Below the pieces are notes generated by a model that saw nothing but the letters and a program-made list of their open reading frames with translations, was not told the DNA's origin and ran no database searches. Below are positions 61,837 to 64,000 of a stretch of DNA of 64,000 bases, piece after piece. The DNA is from an uncultured Thermoplasmatales archaeon (GTDB lineage: Archaea > Thermoplasmatota > Penumbrarchaeia > Penumbrarchaeales > Penumbrarchaeaceae): contig CAZLVP010000011.1 in assembly GCA_964563055.1 (NCBI GenBank), positions 4,367 through 68,366 of the forward strand. The letters are read 5' to 3'. Position numbers and translations under genes: made by a program. Each line of letters opens with the position of its first letter. Position 1 is the first letter of the stretch.

Positions 61837-64000
61837 TCACCTGCAGAGGCTTATGACCTGGCCCGATGAGACCTGGGATGTCACCTTCGTTTCCTTATCA
61901 CCATCGTTTATCATGATCTCGAACAGCATCCCATCCTTAGAAGGGCGTTTGACCATCTCGGAGCACTCGATGGACCTGAGGTTGATGCTCATCCCCTTCC
62001 CATCCTTTTTAAGGTATGCCTCCTTGGCAGAGAAGAGGACCGTCTGAAGCATGGACTGGTCCATGCCCAGGTCCGATGAGGTCTTGGAGATGAGCGCCCG
62101 TTCCTGCTCTGTGAACGCCTCCTCGGTGAAGGATGGGTCCCTATCGGCCTGGTTCTCGAGGTCAAGACCATGGGCGGTCTTCCCGACCGAAGCAACGGTG
62201 GACCCAAGGGAGTGGCTTATGGAAAGCTCCACCCTTTCACCTGCGACCATGCCGTAAGGTTTCCCTCCGGGCATGAACTCTATGGCCACCTCGGAAGGTG
62301 AAAGAGGCCTCCCTTTCTCGGTGGCATAGGTCCATGAGACACCAAGCTTGGCGACGAGAAGGCCCCAGATATGTTCTTTCCGTCTCTTTTCGGTCATCCT
62401 GTCATTTGTAAGTCCCCTTAGCTCGGGTCCTGAGAAATGGACGTTCAGCTCATCAGGAACGGGGGTCGTGTCAGGGAGGTCTACCTTGAACACCCTGATC
62501 CCCCTCGCCATGGTCGGAAGCTCGGAGAACAGCAATGTATGGTCCTTCTTGATCCGGTCCGCAAATGGCATGAGCCCCTTGAGCTGGTAATCTGAAAAGG
62601 ATATCCTCACATTACCGCTCAGGTCCAGGAGGTCAACATCGAAAGAGAACGTGTTCTCCTTCCTCTCCCTGAACCTTACATGGGCGGCCGCCATCTCGGA
62701 TGGGCCCATATGTGAGAACATCTCCAGCTTTCCGACCCTGACGGGCAGTGCCATCATATCGAACCTGTCAAGGACGTAACAGCCAGCCGTCTGGAAGCCC
62801 AGCTCGGTCTGCAAGGGCGAGAGGATGAGGTCCGCAGAGGTCCAACCCGTCGAGGGGTCGAACTGGTCCTGGGCAGGGACATTGAAGATGCCCAAAAGCT
62901 CGTCCTCTTTAAGGACCTCTATTGCAGAGGTGACCTGGAACCTGGGCCCGTGGAAGAAGTACCTGTATAGTTCTGCCTTGCCGACCTGCGACCTCACCGA
63001 TGAGGGGTGGAGCGGGTGGCCTTCCAAAGCCCTACAAACGTCAGGTGCCTTGCCTAGCTGCACAGTGCCGGTATAATGCTCCACCTCTGCTTCCTTGCCC
63101 TTACGGTCCTTGCCGGTGGAGCGGACACGGAGGGATACCGACCTGACCGGTCCGTCACGCTCTATGAGCTCCCCTTCCACGAATATCTCGAGCTGGCCTT
63201 CTACGTTGACCGGTTTCTTGAACATCATATCCCTTATGGATATGACATCAAGGTCCGGGGCGAGCAACCTTGCGGTCTCGGCCAAAAGCTCCATGCCCAT
63301 GACCCCGGGCATCACCATGGTCCCCATTATGGTGTGGTCTTTGAGGAACAGTTCCTTCGAACCATCCAGGACCTTTCTGACCACCACCCTGTTCGGGGTG
63401 AGAGAGACCACGGAACCTATTAGCGGGGAGGTGCTCTTAACGCTGATCGCGGGACCAGGCCTTGATGGGGCTGGTGGTCGGGCCTTTGGGGAATGAACGC
63501 CCTCCTCCCATTTCAGCTGCCCACCGCTGTCCAGCGGACCAAGGGTCCCGGCGTAGAACACCTCGCGCTCGGTCCCCGATGTCATCTCGCCTATTGCGAA
63601 ACCTATACCCTCCTCAACCGGTATGAAAGATATCCCGCCTAGCTCGAGCAGGGTCTTTATGGAACCCCTTGAGGCCATCCCTATCTCTGCCCATGCGGAC
63701 CAACCGACGGCCTTTACAAGGCAGTCAGGATGGTATTTCCTTACAGCGCCCCCTATCTTGTCCAGCAGGTCGTTCGCCGCCGAATAGTCCACCTGACCCG
63801 CGTTGCCGAACCTGCCAGAGACCGAAGTGAATGTCATGAAAAGCTTCAACGGGTGGTCCCTGGTCGCTTTGATGAGAGCGAACGCACCGTTGACCTTCGT
63901 GTCGTAGACCTTGTTGAAATCGGAGAGCTCCTTCCCGGCCATCATTTTGGAGATGTCAACACCAGCGCAGTGGAGAAGGGCATCGAACGGTCCGTGCTGT
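61837..64000 (-). CDS. Type I PKS-like multidomain protein, C-terminal part: KR (partial) - DH - 4'-phosphopantetheinyl transferase; the 5' end lies beyond the window
   Basis: The frame stays open to nt 64000 (...QHGPFDALLHCAGVDISKMMAGKE). KR: SVSGRFGNAGQVDYSAAN. DH: LKDHTIMGTMVMPGV (exact HxxxGxxxxP) and LYRYFFHGPRFQ. PPTase: LSISHS, HGLDLE, FSAKEAYLK. Confidence 0.75.
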   Translation of the reverse strand, partial: QHGPFDALLHCAGVDISKMMAGKELSDFNKVYDTKVNGAFALIKATRDHPLKLFMTFTSVSGRFGNAGQVDYSAANDLLDKIGGAVRKYHPDCLVKAVGWSAWAEIGMASRGSIKTLLELGGISFIPVEEGIGFAIGEMTSGTEREVFYAGTLGPLDSGGQLKWEEGVHSPKARPPAPSRPGPAISVKSTSPLIGSVVSLTPNRVVVRKVLDGSKELFLKDHTIMGTMVMPGVMGMELLAETARLLAPDLDVISIRDMMFKKPVNVEGQLEIFVEGELIERDGPVRSVSLRVRSTGKDRKGKEAEVEHYTGTVQLGKAPDVCRALEGHPLHPSSVRSQVGKAELYRYFFHGPRFQVTSAIEVLKEDELLGIFNVPAQDQFDPSTGWTSADLILSPLQTELGFQTAGCYVLDRFDMMALPVRVGKLEMFSHMGPSEMAAAHVRFRERKENTFSFDVDLLDLSGNVRISFSDYQLKGLMPFADRIKKDHTLLFSELPTMARGIRVFKVDLPDTTPVPDELNVHFSGPELRGLTNDRMTEKRRKEHIWGLLVAKLGVSWTYATEKGRPLSPSEVAIEFMPGGKPYGMVAGERVELSISHSLGSTVASVGKTAHGLDLENQADRDPSFTEEAFTEQERALISKTSSDLGMDQSMLQTVLFSAKEAYLKKDGKGMSINLRSIECSEMVKRPSKDGMLFEIMINDGDKETKVTSQVSSGQVISLCR

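Overview
This is a gene-dense archaeal chromosomal segment. The archaeal call rests on a family-B DNA polymerase with a C-terminal PIP-like tail, an RFC small subunit, a GPN-loop GTPase, a DUF131 membrane protein, an aRelE-type toxin, and TATA-box or leaderless-looking starts. About 55 CDS are supported. I saw no rRNA, tRNA, CRISPR array, transposase or integrase. The content falls into five groups. (1) Replication and housekeeping genes: polB, rfcS, an SRAP peptidase, rpiB, adk, a YchF-like GTPase and glycerate kinase. (2) A ~13 kb block for 2-oxoacid and acyl-CoA (amino-acid fermentation type) metabolism at 17.3-30.2 kb. It holds an acyl-CoA dehydrogenase, CoA-transferase A/B, a thiolase-fold protein with a DUF35 partner, POR-type gamma/delta/alpha/beta, IOR alpha/beta, and a 2-hydroxyacyl-CoA-dehydratase-like protein with its activase. 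A second IOR pair lies at 59.2-61.8 kb. (3) Very large cell-surface proteins: a 1334-aa cadherin-like protein, a 1674-aa gingipain (C25)-like peptidase with many Ig-like repeats, and a beta-helix repeat protein. Envelope genes accompany them. (4) A small AT-rich island carrying a RelE/DUF2683 toxin-antitoxin pair. (5) The most unusual item sits at the right edge. It is an ORF open to the window end that encodes PKS-type KR-DH domains fused to a C-terminal phosphopantetheinyl transferase. That is the C-terminal architecture of bacterial enediyne/polyene-type iterative PKS, here in an archaeal context. Other points worth follow-up are a thiolase-fold protein whose nucleophilic Cys appears replaced by Gly, an FtsZ-fold protein without the GTP-binding signature lying in frame behind polB, a P-type ATPase with non-canonical M4/M6 ion-site residues, and a PrsW-like protease / membrane protein / wHTH trio next to the C25 peptidase gene. 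All functional calls come from motif reading by eye. No database search was run.
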